Made by a program: the position numbers and the translations under genes. Positions 27,152-37,614 of a stretch of DNA of 64,000 bases are shown here, piece after piece; the stretch's first letter is position 1; every line of letters starts with the position of its first letter. This DNA comes from a virus (taxonomy: Duplodnaviria; Caudoviricetes): the IMG/VR virus record IMGVR_UViG_3300036781_000714, positions 1,021 to 65,020 of that record; one strand, written 5' to 3'. The notes beneath the pieces were generated by a model. It was not told the origin of the DNA, ran no database searches, and saw only the letters and a program-made list of their open reading frames with translations.

Positions 27152-28879
27152 TTACAGGAGCGAGTAGCTCGTCAGGTGGAACGTGTTGATGAACGGCGCA
27201 TCATCGAGTTCAAATTCCACGACGGCGGCGGTATTCGCCGGAATCGTCTTGAGCCCCGCGACGTTGAGCGCGCCAGCACCGAGCCCCGTGCGCACGACGC
27301 GATGCCGATGGCCCTTGAGCAGATTGTCCGTCGGTGCCGCAACGACCCGATTCGTGGAGAGATCGCTCGAGAACACGATGGTGATCGGGTCGCTCGACAA
27401 GATCTGATAATCCTGATCGCCGATGTTGCTCGAGAACGTCTCGCGCACGTAGCGGTCTTCCGCCTTGTTCTGATCGAACGAGTGCAGCGTCCCGTTGATC
27501 GCGTAGCCGGAGTTGCTCCCGATGTCGGTGACGTCGTTGGCGGTGATCGACCATTGCGACGTGCTGGGGCGTGAGAGAATGCCGATCGACGTGCCGATGC
27601 CTAAGAGCGTGCGCAGCACGTTGTGCGCGATCTTGATGCGCGTGGCCGGCGCGTCGCTCCAACTCCCGATGCCCGAGAGACCGATATTGGTGATGACGTT
27701 GCCCGTGATGTTCACGTCCGTGCAGACGCCGCGGATGGCGATCGAGTTCTTCAGCGCGTTGGTGATGTGGTTGCCGCTCACGGTCGTCCCGGCGACGTTC
27801 ACCGAAATACAGATCCCGTCCTTCGTGCTGCCGTCGATGCTATTCCCCGTTGCCACGTACGGTCCGTCGCCATCGAGCGCGATGCCGCCCGTCGGCAACG
27901 AGCCATCGTCTTGGCCTGAGGCGACGTTCAGCACGGTGTTGTTGCTCACCAGGCTGTGACGGATGTTCTGGATGTAGATGCCTGAGCCCGCGACGTCGTG
28001 GACATCGTTCGTCAGGATGCGGCAGCGACCCACGAGCGAAACGTCGACCGTCGACGTGTGATAAAGGAGGATGCCGTAGCCCTGGCGTCCCGGATTGATC
28101 GGCGAGACACGCGCCCCGGAACACTCGTTGCCCTGCACGAGCACGTTCCACGGGTCGAAAATCGCAATGTTCTGATTGACGAGCGTCGACGTGCAGCGGT
28201 TGTTCGTGATGCGCGAATTCGTGAGTTGGTACGTGCCGATGTTGCAACAGATGTCGGCGTGTCCTTCGCCGCCGAGATTCCCGTTGCCGCTCAGCCGATT
28301 CGCATCGATCGTCGCATCGTCGATCTGCTGCAGGAAAATCCCGGCGCAGAATCCGTGCGAGTTCGGGAGGGTGGCGCCAGTGATGCTCATGCGCAGCACG
28401 CGGAAGTGCGCCGCGTTGAAATTGCTCACGCCACCGGCGTTGCGCCCACCGATCTTGAAGTCGCGGACGGTGATGTTGTCAAAGTTCTGACAAATGATCA
28501 TCTGGTCCTGCGACGACGTGCCGCTGTAGTCGCAGATGATCTCAGAGGCGTCGCCGTGCCCGAAGATCTCGATGTTGCCGCCAGGGACGGCGATGCCTTT
28601 GGTCAGGCGATAGCGTCCTGGGGTGATCTCGAAATGACTGTTCGTCACCGCCGCCGCCGCGTTCATGCACTTCTGGAACGCCAACGCGTCATCGGTCACG
28701 GAATCGCCCACCGCGCCGAAGTCGCGTGGATTGAACGCCGTGTTGTTGGTGAGGAAACTCTTGAGGTCCGGACCGAGGCGACCAGTCGGAAGCGCCTTCA
28801 CGCCCGTGAGGAACGGCCAGAGATTGTCGAGCAGCGCGTTCTCTTCCGTGGCAGTGGTGCCGAAGAACTTGTCGGGCAT
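27152..28879 (-). CDS. Tailspike with right-handed beta-helix (pectate-lyase-like)
   Basis: FNPRDFGAVGDSVTDDALAFQ, many I..N repeats; GGAGG RBS. Confidence 0.85.
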   Translation of the reverse strand: MPDKFFGTTATEENALLDNLWPFLTGVKALPTGRLGPDLKSFLTNNTAFNPRDFGAVGDSVTDDALAFQKCMNAAAAVTNSHFEITPGRYRLTKGIAVPGGNIEIFGHGDASEIICDYSGTSSQDQMIICQNFDNITVRDFKIGGRNAGGVSNFNAAHFRVLRMSITGATLPNSHGFCAGIFLQQIDDATIDANRLSGNGNLGGEGHADICCNIGTYQLTNSRITNNRCTSTLVNQNIAIFDPWNVLVQGNECSGARVSPINPGRQGYGILLYHTSTVDVSLVGRCRILTNDVHDVAGSGIYIQNIRHSLVSNNTVLNVASGQDDGSLPTGGIALDGDGPYVATGNSIDGSTKDGICISVNVAGTTVSGNHITNALKNSIAIRGVCTDVNITGNVITNIGLSGIGSWSDAPATRIKIAHNVLRTLLGIGTSIGILSRPSTSQWSITANDVTDIGSNSGYAINGTLHSFDQNKAEDRYVRETFSSNIGDQDYQILSSDPITIVFSSDLSTNRVVAAPTDNLLKGHRHRVVRTGLGAGALNVAGLKTIPANTAAVVEFELDDAPFINTFHLTSYSLL

Positions 28880-28999
28880 CCGACCCTCCAAAAACGAAAA
28901 GCCCCGCAACTCCAAGCGGAGCGCAGGGCGGTGGCGAGTGACGAGTTGTGGCGAGCGACGACGGAACGACTGGGAACTACGAGCGCGACGGGACTAGTA

Positions 29000-31297
29000 T
29001 TAGCGTTTGTAAATGACTCGGTTCTGACGGACCTCGGCGACCATGTCGAAGCCGTCGTTGGCCATTTCTTCTTCCGCACGCCGCGCGTTCTCGGCGAACA
29101 TCACGCGTTCGGCTTGCGTGCACGGCCGCGATTGATTGGCAAAGAGCTCGGCCATCCCCGCGATGAGCGGTTCGTGCATGACGGCCGGCACGGTGATCTT
29201 GTCATCGAGCGAGGTCAGGGTCGTGAGTGCGAGATGCCGCACGGACACGTTCCGCACCGCGTCCCACTGGTCGGTGCCCGCCAGCGGCGCGCGACGCACG
29301 GGATACACGCGATTGTTCGCGATCGTGGCTTCGAGCGCCGAATGTTGCTTGGGCCAGTTCACCTGCGCGCTCTCGGCAGAGACCACGACCGATACCGGAG
29401 GGCCATCTTCATAGTTCGCGGTCAGCAGGAACAGCGTGATGATGTCGGGCGGTAGCGGGAGCCCTGCGGCGCCACCAAGCGTGCCGAACGGATCACCGAG
29501 CGTTTCGGGAAGGTCGGTGTTGACGAACGGCTGCTGGTGTTGGCTCGTCAGTGCTTCCCATCCGTCGCCCGCATCGTCGCGCAAAAAGAGCGCGCCGAGT
29601 GGGCTCACGCCGTACAACTGACCATGGGGGGAGAGATCGAACGTCGTGGTCTGTCCGACGAACGGCCGCACTTGCTCGCGGTACTTCAGGAGCTTCGCCC
29701 GCTGCCAGTTGTTCAGCCAGAGCAACGCCGAACCATCGTTCAACTGCACGTCGATGAACGACCAATGCCGAATGCGCGCCTGCTCGATGATGTCGCGCGC
29801 GGACAGCGAGGACGTCGGCGACGGCGTGGTAATGATCCGCTGATTCGTGCACGTGACGGCGCCCGGCGACCACCGATAGGGCGTGAGATCAGCGCAACAG
29901 AGACAGTCGTCATCGCCACCATCGCCCCCATCTCCTCCATCTCCGCCGTCGCCACCGTCCCCGCCATCACCCCCGTCGCCCCCATCATCGACGAACGGCG
30001 CGAAGAAGTCGTCGACGAGTTGCAACGCGCGCGTGGTGATCGCGTTGAAGAACGGCATCGCCCGCAGTCGCGACGCGATGCTGATCGAATCACTTCCGGT
30101 CGGCCCGTCAGTCTCCTCGACCGACAGCGGCACGGTCGGGAGGATGCCAAAGTCCTCATCAGCACCGATGAACAATTGCGGCGCGGCGGGGGGCGCGACG
30201 CGTGGGACGCGGACGACGGCGAGGTCGTCTTCCGCAGCAAGCGCGAGACCGACGACAGGCGGAACGAACTCCTCACTGCCCGGGACCGCGAACGTCGCAC
30301 CGGCCATCGGCAGCGCGTTCGAGACGAGCGGTCGCGCAATGAACCCGGCGTCATCATCGATCGGCAGTGGTACGACGTCTGTGAGAGAACCCACATCGTC
30401 GTTCGCGCCGGGCATCCGACCGCCGAAGATTGCCGCGAGCACGGCGATCGGATTGATGACGCGTGGCGACTGCGGCGCTGGAAGTTGTACCCACTCGTTG
30501 TCGTCGACAGTGAGGGGGAGGAACGGCGGCGCTTCGTCGACCTCGTCCCACGACCCCGGATGTGGAATCGTGAACACGAATGGAATTGGGGCCGGCAGCT
30601 TACTGCCTGTCTCGTCGTCCGCAAACGTCGGCGCTACAAATACCGGTACGTCTTCGATGCCGTCCGATGGAATGCGACGCGGTGGCACGCTCGGCGCCAT
30701 GCGTTGCGGTGTTCGCAGTGGTTGTCCGGCCTCTTCGTCGACAATACTTCCGCCGCCACCACCATTCACGTACGTGAAAGCGAGGATTGCAGTACTCGCT
30801 GGTACAGTCGCGACATCGGCAAAGTTCACGGTACGATCCGGCGAGCCAGTCATCCCGTTGTTCGCGACGATCAGGTTAATCAGGTTCCCTGCTGCCCATG
30901 TGCCCTGATTTACCAGTTCTTGGATAATCGCTGTCACGTCGAACACCACGGGTGCCGTTACGGTCAGCGGGCCATAGGTCACCACTGCGGTAGTGGCAGG
31001 CGTCATGGCGCTTGGTTTGTTGCCGCTAGAGCCAACCGTCGCATTCGCAACCTTTTGACCATAGCACTTGAGTGCATGGTTCGTCCCAACAACGTTTGTC
31101 GGAGTGAGCGTCAGCGTCCCGCTGCTAATAGTCGCGCCTTGATTTACACTGGTGAGCGCAAATGACGTCACTCCGGTTGACGATCTATCCCCGCCGTCTT
31201 GAAATACACCAGCCGATACCAACGACGCATTGTACACGCCTTCAGTGTCAAAACCATCGTTGGCGGTATCAGTGATTTGTTGTGAGAATGCTGTCAT
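29000..31297 (-). CDS. Mosaic virion protein (beta N-domain, acidic/Pro linker, GDG repeat, adaptor-like C-domain)
   Basis: 765 aa; DGG repeat tract near 29910-29990. Confidence 0.65.
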   Translation of the reverse strand: MTAFSQQITDTANDGFDTEGVYNASLVSAGVFQDGGDRSSTGVTSFALTSVNQGATISSGTLTLTPTNVVGTNHALKCYGQKVANATVGSSGNKPSAMTPATTAVVTYGPLTVTAPVVFDVTAIIQELVNQGTWAAGNLINLIVANNGMTGSPDRTVNFADVATVPASTAILAFTYVNGGGGGSIVDEEAGQPLRTPQRMAPSVPPRRIPSDGIEDVPVFVAPTFADDETGSKLPAPIPFVFTIPHPGSWDEVDEAPPFLPLTVDDNEWVQLPAPQSPRVINPIAVLAAIFGGRMPGANDDVGSLTDVVPLPIDDDAGFIARPLVSNALPMAGATFAVPGSEEFVPPVVGLALAAEDDLAVVRVPRVAPPAAPQLFIGADEDFGILPTVPLSVEETDGPTGSDSISIASRLRAMPFFNAITTRALQLVDDFFAPFVDDGGDGGDGGDGGDGGDGGDGGDGGDDDCLCCADLTPYRWSPGAVTCTNQRIITTPSPTSSLSARDIIEQARIRHWSFIDVQLNDGSALLWLNNWQRAKLLKYREQVRPFVGQTTTFDLSPHGQLYGVSPLGALFLRDDAGDGWEALTSQHQQPFVNTDLPETLGDPFGTLGGAAGLPLPPDIITLFLLTANYEDGPPVSVVVSAESAQVNWPKQHSALEATIANNRVYPVRRAPLAGTDQWDAVRNVSVRHLALTTLTSLDDKITVPAVMHEPLIAGMAELFANQSRPCTQAERVMFAENARRAEEEMANDGFDMVAEVRQNRVIYKR

Positions 31298-31370
31298 TAT
31301 CTATTTCTCATCGTGTTCCGATCCGCTGCGTCGCGGTGGCCGAGGTATGCCGCACAAGGGCGAGTGACAT

Positions 31371-32519
31371 TTAGCTACTCCTCGGCTTGCCGATGCGGGT
31401 GGTCGACATCGCCGCAGGGCCGATGTAGCGATGCTCACCGGTGGCGCCCAGCTCAAGTTGCGCCCCGATGCGCACCCAATCGAGAAACCACAGCGCCCCA
31501 CTGGCTGAACTCGGTGTCGTCATGGCGATGGTGACATCCTGCAGGATCGGCGTCGTCTCGTCGTCGAACCACATCGTGACCTTGCCATCGCCCGCGTTCT
31601 TGGCACTATCGCAGACCGTCTTGACCTCGATGTAGTGCCACGTCGCGATGGTGACGAGCGAGTTCGCCGTGTTGCTATTCCACAGTTGCGATGTCGCGGA
31701 GTCGGTCTCACCGCCGATCTGCGCGCCGAACCCTCGGCATACGTGATCCGGATCGCCGGAACTGCCGTGGCCGGAGTCCCACCGTTCGTAGAGCCACTTC
31801 CGCAGCGTGCTTGATCCGATCGTGCCCGCGGCGGTGACGTAGATCCAGAAGGCGGTGTAGTGCGTCGACCCGTAACCGAGCTTGAACGGCGTGTGGGCGA
31901 GATCGGGGAGCACGAGGATGCCAGCGTTTGAATCCGCGCTCGGGTCGTACGTGACATCGATGACCTTGTTGTTCGTTCCGCTCCACGGCTGCACGCCGGT
32001 CGGGTTCGCGATCGGCGTCTGGTTGACGTGCCCCTGCGTGTCCGTATCCCACTGGTTCCCGTTCGCCAGCAACCCGGAGTTCTGGAGCGTCGTGCCGCCC
32101 CATCCAGACCACATGAGATCTGGGTTGGAGAAGCCTGACGAGGAAACGGTGATCGAACTCGACGTCACGCCCGTCAGCCCGGTCGCCACCGCGGCGAGCG
32201 TATTCGTCGACGCCCCCGTGATGACGAGGTCCGTGAATGTCGCTTTGCCGATCGCGTCGGTGTTCACCGTCGCGGTGCCGCTCAACGTCCCCGTGCCACT
32301 GCCGATCGACAGCGTGATCGCGATACCGGCTTGTGCGACAGATGCACCGGACGCGTCTCGCAACTGCACCACCGGTTGCTGTGCGATCACGCTGCCACTC
32401 GTCGCCGTACTTGAGGGTTGCGTCGTGAACGCGAGCTGCGTCGCGGGCGCAACGCCAGAGCCGCTACTAGAGCGGCTCCGACGACCAAGGCCTCGTGGAT
32501 CGAGCGTGATGGTGCGCAC
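31371..32519 (-). CDS. Ig-like plus LamG-like virion accessory protein
   Basis: ATQLAFTTQP..QQPVVQLRDASG..GKATFTDLVI; WHYIEVK..GDGKVTMWFD. Confidence 0.75.
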   Translation of the reverse strand: MRTITLDPRGLGRRSRSSSGSGVAPATQLAFTTQPSSTATSGSVIAQQPVVQLRDASGASVAQAGIAITLSIGSGTGTLSGTATVNTDAIGKATFTDLVITGASTNTLAAVATGLTGVTSSSITVSSSGFSNPDLMWSGWGGTTLQNSGLLANGNQWDTDTQGHVNQTPIANPTGVQPWSGTNNKVIDVTYDPSADSNAGILVLPDLAHTPFKLGYGSTHYTAFWIYVTAAGTIGSSTLRKWLYERWDSGHGSSGDPDHVCRGFGAQIGGETDSATSQLWNSNTANSLVTIATWHYIEVKTVCDSAKNAGDGKVTMWFDDETTPILQDVTIAMTTPSSASGALWFLDWVRIGAQLELGATGEHRYIGPAAMSTTRIGKPRSS

Positions 32520-32531
32520 GACGCCGCGCGC

Positions 32532-32888
32532 TTACAGCTGCGCGGCGGCGGCCGCAGCCGCGTCGACGGCCTGCGCTGCGAGTTGCGCGGCTTCTTCGGC
32601 CTTGGCTTTCCGTCGTCCCACGATGGCGTTCCATCGAGGAATCCAGTCGACTGCGGTCAGCACTTCGATGCTGTCGCCCTCGTGACTGACCTCGAGTGCC
32701 GCCTTCGCCGCGGCGCGGACATGTTCGTCGCCCCAATTCGGCGACACGGCGAGCGCCGTGAGCTCGCTCTGCACGGTGTGAATCTCGATCGACCGCGCAT
32801 CGCTCGGCTCAGCCTGATTCACCGTGATTGAAACGGAGTCGTCGCCAGGGACATAACGCGTGCTGGCGAGGACGAAGACGCGATTCAT
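32532..32888 (-). CDS. Hypothetical protein
   Basis: MNRVFVLASTRY... after GAGG. Confidence 0.6.
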   Translation of the reverse strand: MNRVFVLASTRYVPGDDSVSITVNQAEPSDARSIEIHTVQSELTALAVSPNWGDEHVRAAAKAALEVSHEGDSIEVLTAVDWIPRWNAIVGRRKAKAEEAAQLAAQAVDAAAAAAAQL

Positions 32889-33028
32889 GGAGACCTCGAA
32901 CGAGAGATGAGCGGGTGACGAGCGGGTGACGAGCGGTGGCAACTCGGATGACGAGCGTTTCTCAATGAGCGAAGTACAAACGGGCGCACCAGCGTTGGGT
33001 TGCTGGTACGCCCGCGTTGGTACGGTGC

Positions 33029-33511
33029 TTACTCGATCGTCTCTGCCGACAATTCGTACTTCATCGTCGCCGTGCCAGAACTCACGAACGCGTCGATCGA
33101 CTGCGTGGCCGCGCCTTCGAGGACCATCGGGCTGTCGGCGTTTGCGGCGACCCATCCGCCCGGGCCAGAGGCGCCCATACCGAAGGCCCCCATCACCGAA
33201 GGGCCACCGGTGCCCGTCGTCACCGCGCTCGTCGCGTAGCCGGCGGTGCCCTTCGCGGCCTGCATGCCCGGATCGCGCGGCGTCGGCGTGATGCCCGTGC
33301 CACCCGAGGCGGCCGTCGACGTCCACTTCTTGATGCGCACCATGAGGCCAGAGATGGCCGTGAGTGCGTTGGCCTTTCCCTGTCCAATCAGCGACTGCAA
33401 CGCGACGTTGCGCGTCGAGCCAGCCTTGATGAAGAACGAATCGTTCTCCGTACCGCCCGTTCCGTTCGACGTCTGTTCCGCACCGGGCGTGACCGAGTAG
33501 ATGAACGGCAT
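33029..33511 (-). CDS. Putative virion structural protein
   Basis: 160 aa, Gly/Thr/Ser-rich; strong RBS. Confidence 0.7.
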   Translation of the reverse strand: MPFIYSVTPGAEQTSNGTGGTENDSFFIKAGSTRNVALQSLIGQGKANALTAISGLMVRIKKWTSTAASGGTGITPTPRDPGMQAAKGTAGYATSAVTTGTGGPSVMGAFGMGASGPGGWVAANADSPMVLEGAATQSIDAFVSSGTATMKYELSAETIE

Positions 33512-33643
33512 GGAACTCTCCCCCTAGAATGACGAAACCGCCCCGGCACCCAATTGGGCGCGAGGCGGTTGCGTGTTGACTGAATTGTGAACTGCCCTGT
33601 GAACTGCGTTGTGAACTACAAAACTGTCATGCCACTCTGCTGA

Positions 33644-34075
33644 TTACATCCGGACGGTGAGACTGGCACGATCACGCGCGAGCTTCGAATGCGCGCTGTC
33701 CGGATTGCGGAGTTGCTCGATCTGTTCTTCCAGCGTGAGGCTGCGGCCGAACGTCTGGGCTTCGAGTTCCCGCACGCGCGCGAAGAAGATCTCGTCGGGC
33801 ATCGCGTACGTGCCGGCGATGTCGCCGTACAACCCATAGCATCGAGTGCAGAGAAAAAACATGAAGGTCATGTTCTCTTCAGGACACAGACCGCCATCCG
33901 CCCCGCAACTCGCACAGAAGACCGGCACCCAGAACCCAAGCACGCCGCGATCGATGGCGCCTTTGGGCGTGACGACGTGCGACGTCCGAGAATCCGGAAG
34001 CACTTCGACCGTGGTGGCCGCATTCGCGATCGCCAGCAGTCGATCCGTCGCCGCATCGTTCGGCAGTGCGCCCAT
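33644..34075 (-). CDS. Zn-finger-containing hypothetical protein
   Basis: CASC...CTRC. Confidence 0.65.
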   Translation of the reverse strand: MGALPNDAATDRLLAIANAATTVEVLPDSRTSHVVTPKGAIDRGVLGFWVPVFCASCGADGGLCPEENMTFMFFLCTRCYGLYGDIAGTYAMPDEIFFARVRELEAQTFGRSLTLEEQIEQLRNPDSAHSKLARDRASLTVRM

Positions 34076-34076
34076 C

Positions 34077-34427
34077 CTAGTTGCTGCCGCCCTGGTTGCC
34101 CTGCTTCTTCGCGGCGCGCTCGCGATTGAATTGCTCGCGCTCGATGTTGAACAACTCGCGCTCCTTCCGCATCTCCTCTTCGCGCTGGTTGAGTTCCACC
34201 TCGCGCTTGTCCGCAGCAGCCAACGCGGCTTGTGCCTGCTCTTTCAGCGCCCGTGCACGATCTTCGCCTTTGCGGAGTCGCTGCTGCGCACCCTCGTTCG
34301 GTTCATCCTTCCCGAGGCCGGGCGCGATCGTCAACATGGTTTGGCCTTCGTCGCCAGGCTTGGGCACCGTCGCCACGTGATGATCATTTGGCCCCGGTTG
34401 CCACTTCGCGTCTGAACTCCACGGCAT
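34077..34427 (-). CDS. Coiled-coil hypothetical protein
   Basis: 116 aa; AGGAG RBS. Confidence 0.65.
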   Translation of the reverse strand: MPWSSDAKWQPGPNDHHVATVPKPGDEGQTMLTIAPGLGKDEPNEGAQQRLRKGEDRARALKEQAQAALAAADKREVELNQREEEMRKERELFNIEREQFNRERAAKKQGNQGGSN

Positions 34428-34488
34428 AGCACGAGCTCCTGTTCGCTGCGGGTAGAAAGGTTGTCAGTGCTGATCTGGTGGTGCTGAT

Positions 34489-35064
34489 CTATCTGGAAAC
34501 GACTTCGATGGATGATGTTCGCTTCGCCGTCCCGAGCCACGGCGCATTCTCCGTCTTGCCTTGGGCACCGCCGACCAGGGTGACGCCGCCCTCTTCGCGA
34601 TAGAACCGCTCGAAGACTTCCTGGTGCCCCGCCTTCTCGTCGTCCCGCATCCAACTTTCCGCGCGATCGTGGTCGTCGCGCGCAGCGGCCATGGCGTCTA
34701 TCCACGCCGAATTCGCGCGGTCCCACAACGCCATGTAGTCGACGAGCCAGGGCCCTAACGGCGCGTACGGTCCCTGGTGCAGCATGATCGGATAGCGCCC
34801 ACCCTTGCTCGAGGTGGTGTACTCGACGGCGCAAACCATGGTGATGCGCACCCACCCGCGATCACTCAAGCCCGGTGTGTTGTAGCGAATGACTTCCCAC
34901 CGGCCATCGTACTCGGCGTCTTTGCGCGCGCAGCCGAACGCATCGAACGACGCCGCTTTCGTCTTGATCGCTTGTGGATTCCATCGCACGTCGAGCAGCG
35001 GGTCGATACGCCGAAGCGCATCGACCACGCGTGCGACTTCTTCGCCGGACTGCGGAGCGTCCAT
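34489..35064 (-). CDS. Hypothetical protein
   Basis: 191-aa ORF in the head operon. Confidence 0.65.
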   Translation of the reverse strand: MDAPQSGEEVARVVDALRRIDPLLDVRWNPQAIKTKAASFDAFGCARKDAEYDGRWEVIRYNTPGLSDRGWVRITMVCAVEYTTSSKGGRYPIMLHQGPYAPLGPWLVDYMALWDRANSAWIDAMAAARDDHDRAESWMRDDEKAGHQEVFERFYREEGGVTLVGGAQGKTENAPWLGTAKRTSSIEVVSR

Positions 35065-35077
35065 TATCGAATGCTCA

Positions 35078-35551
35078 TCAGGAGTCGACGGCCCGGATGA
35101 TCGCGAAGTTAAGAATGATCGCGCCCGTTTCCGCGGTTCCGGCTGCGGGATTGTTGTTCGCGACCTTCACCTTGAACGATCCATCGGCGACTGTGGAGAC
35201 GTACGCGTCAGTGTTGCCACCGTTCGAACCGGACTGCTGGCACAACGCGACGACGTCGCCCTGCTTCACCTGCGTATTCGTAACGGTGAATTCTGCGGCG
35301 GCTTCGGCGGCGAGCGATGCACTGCTCGTCGTGATCTGTCCGCAGAGTGTGCTGAGGGTGACGGCCGTGCTGCGGCTCGTCGCCTGCGTGACGACACCAC
35401 CAATGCCAGCCCCTGCGGTCTTGTAACCGAAAACCACGGTGCCCGCATCCGCGGCGGTATTCGCGTCGACGGCGTCGCATAGCTCTTTCGCTGCGTCGTT
35501 GCTCGTCAACGCGTAACTCGCGCGATTTCTCGTGTCGGCTGAGAGAGGCAT
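35078..35551 (-). CDS. Putative head decoration/structural protein
   Basis: GGVVTQATSRSTAVTL..CGQITT...FTVTN. Confidence 0.65.
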   Translation of the reverse strand: MPLSADTRNRASYALTSNDAAKELCDAVDANTAADAGTVVFGYKTAGAGIGGVVTQATSRSTAVTLSTLCGQITTSSASLAAEAAAEFTVTNTQVKQGDVVALCQQSGSNGGNTDAYVSTVADGSFKVKVANNNPAAGTAETGAIILNFAIIRAVDS

Positions 35552-35561
35552 GATCGCCGCC

Positions 35562-36302
35562 TTACTTCGGCACGATGGCGCCGAACGGGAGCGACGCATC
35601 GTCGACCCATCCGTCGGAGAACGTCACCGTGATACCGGTGGCCGTGGCGAGGTTCGTCGTGGCCGGGGTGAACGTGTGCGTCGCGTCGCAGGTGATCGTG
35701 ACGCTGCCCACCGGCGCCAAGCCATCGGCCGGAAGTCCCGGGAACGAGCAGTTCGCGGCGACAGCTTGATCGTCCGAGGCCAGCACCGATGCGGCATCCG
35801 AGCCGTCCGAGAGCAGCAAATACTTGCGGCTTAGGCCCGCCGCGATCACGCCCCCGGTCAGCGTCCAGAAGTTGTCCGTGGCCGCGAGCGCATTCACCGC
35901 GCCGCCATTCAACAGCACAGTCGCCTGCGTGGTCTTTGCCTTCGTCGCCGTCGTGGCCTGTGCCACTTGGGGCAGCGATGCGACCGTTGCGGCGATGACG
36001 CGGTTGCGGTTGGTGTACGACACCCAATTCGCGAGCGCGTTGTACTGTTGCAACACGGAAATTCGCGACGGGAACGAGTCATTGTCGGCCGAGACCGACT
36101 TGAGCGCGCCCATGATGCCAACGCCCGCGATCGCGGACATGTAGCTGGCGGTGTCGTGCTGCGCGACGAACGACGCGACATGCTGCGCCGCATGCACTGC
36201 ATGGGTCGGGAGTGCGAAGATCGCGAGCGCGGCGACGAGCAGCGCCACGCCGATCACGCCCAGGCGCCCGACGCCTCGAGACAGTCTGCTGAAAACCTGC
36301 AT
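35562..36302 (-). CDS. Structural protein after capsid gene, with hydrophobic N-terminus
   Basis: GGAG RBS; MQVFSRLSRGVGRLGVIGVALLVAALAIFAL. Confidence 0.6.
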   Translation of the reverse strand: MQVFSRLSRGVGRLGVIGVALLVAALAIFALPTHAVHAAQHVASFVAQHDTASYMSAIAGVGIMGALKSVSADNDSFPSRISVLQQYNALANWVSYTNRNRVIAATVASLPQVAQATTATKAKTTQATVLLNGGAVNALAATDNFWTLTGGVIAAGLSRKYLLLSDGSDAASVLASDDQAVAANCSFPGLPADGLAPVGSVTITCDATHTFTPATTNLATATGITVTFSDGWVDDASLPFGAIVPK

Positions 36303-36378
36303 GAGAATTCTCCGATGATGACTGAAAGGGAGCGGGCCGCGACCGTCGATGAGATCGCAGCCCGCGTGGGCGTCAGCG

Positions 36379-37614
36379 TTAGCCGACGTTGACGTTGTAG
36401 AGGATGCCCTGACGGCGCGGCTCTTCGACGTCGAGCTCGGAGTACCACTTGAGCAGCGCGTCGCGGGCGTCCTGCCCTTGCACGCGGTGCAGAATGCCTG
36501 AACCATCATCGTCCCACTTCGGATCGCTCGTCTGTGCCCAAGCGATGAAGTTCGTGTTCATGACCTGGAACGATCCGGTCGGCGCCTTCGAGTCCTTGGT
36601 GAGCAGCAACCCGTCGTGTTCGAGTGCGGTGTAGCCGCCCTTGAGCTTCATCGGCGGGACGTTGCGCTGCGTCGGCGTGAGCAACGCTTCGTACGCCGCG
36701 TTGATCTCGGTCGAGTTGATGCAGAGGTTGGACTCTTCATCCTCGGCGCGCTTGAAGACGGTGTCCTTGAGCAGTCGCACCAACGCAAGTGACAGCGCGG
36801 CACCGGACGCATTGACGACGTTGCCTTCCCACGCGTCGAACGCGGCGCGGTCGATGCCGTTGTAGATCGCATCGGACAGGCCGAGCACCGACGTCATGAA
36901 CGACGCGGTCGCGACGAAGCGGAGGAATCCGGAGATCTCCTTGTTCTTCGCCTTCTTCTTGTAGATCGCGGTGTTGTCGGCGACGCTCGTCTGCAACGGC
37001 GGCGAGAAGTTGAACGTCGTGCCGCTGACGCTCGTGATCGTGTAGCCGATCCCGTTGTTGTCCTCGGTGTCGAACGCGAACTTCATGTTCTTGCGGAGCT
37101 GCGTCGTGGTGCGCGATGCGGTCGAACCCCACGCCACACCGAACGCCGAGTCCACCGTCGCCGTGCTGACACCAGCGGAGAGCGCGCCGGCAACGAGGCA
37201 CAGCTTGCCCGAGCCATCAGACCAGCACTGGCGGCCGATGTCCTGCGTGAGCCCTTCCTTCGTGCCGGTGAGCTGACGATCGCTGAACTCGACCCACGCC
37301 TTGTTGTTCGAGAACTCCATCGCCGGGCCGGTCACCTTGAAGGTGCCGTAGTTCAGTTTGCACTGGACGATCGCGTCCACGTACTCTTCGGCGCCGTAGT
37401 CGGGCATCTCCTCGCCCTCGCCGCGGGCACCGTTGCCCTGCGACATGCCGACTTGCACCGGATAAATGCGGCGACGACCGGCCGTCATCCCGACGCGCTT
37501 GAGTTTCGTCTTGAACGGCGTCGCCTTGTTGACGGCGACCTTGATGCCGTCGAGGACGTAGTCGTCCTGCAGGAGCGCATCCCACTGCGCCCGCGTGACG
37601 GTAATTCCTGACAT
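36379..37614 (-). CDS. Major capsid protein
   Basis: 411 aa after the scaffold gene; AGGAGG RBS; C-terminal ELDVEEPRRQGILYNV; HK97-fold-like pattern. Confidence 0.8.
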   Translation of the reverse strand: MSGITVTRAQWDALLQDDYVLDGIKVAVNKATPFKTKLKRVGMTAGRRRIYPVQVGMSQGNGARGEGEEMPDYGAEEYVDAIVQCKLNYGTFKVTGPAMEFSNNKAWVEFSDRQLTGTKEGLTQDIGRQCWSDGSGKLCLVAGALSAGVSTATVDSAFGVAWGSTASRTTTQLRKNMKFAFDTEDNNGIGYTITSVSGTTFNFSPPLQTSVADNTAIYKKKAKNKEISGFLRFVATASFMTSVLGLSDAIYNGIDRAAFDAWEGNVVNASGAALSLALVRLLKDTVFKRAEDEESNLCINSTEINAAYEALLTPTQRNVPPMKLKGGYTALEHDGLLLTKDSKAPTGSFQVMNTNFIAWAQTSDPKWDDDGSGILHRVQGQDARDALLKWYSELDVEEPRRQGILYNVNVG

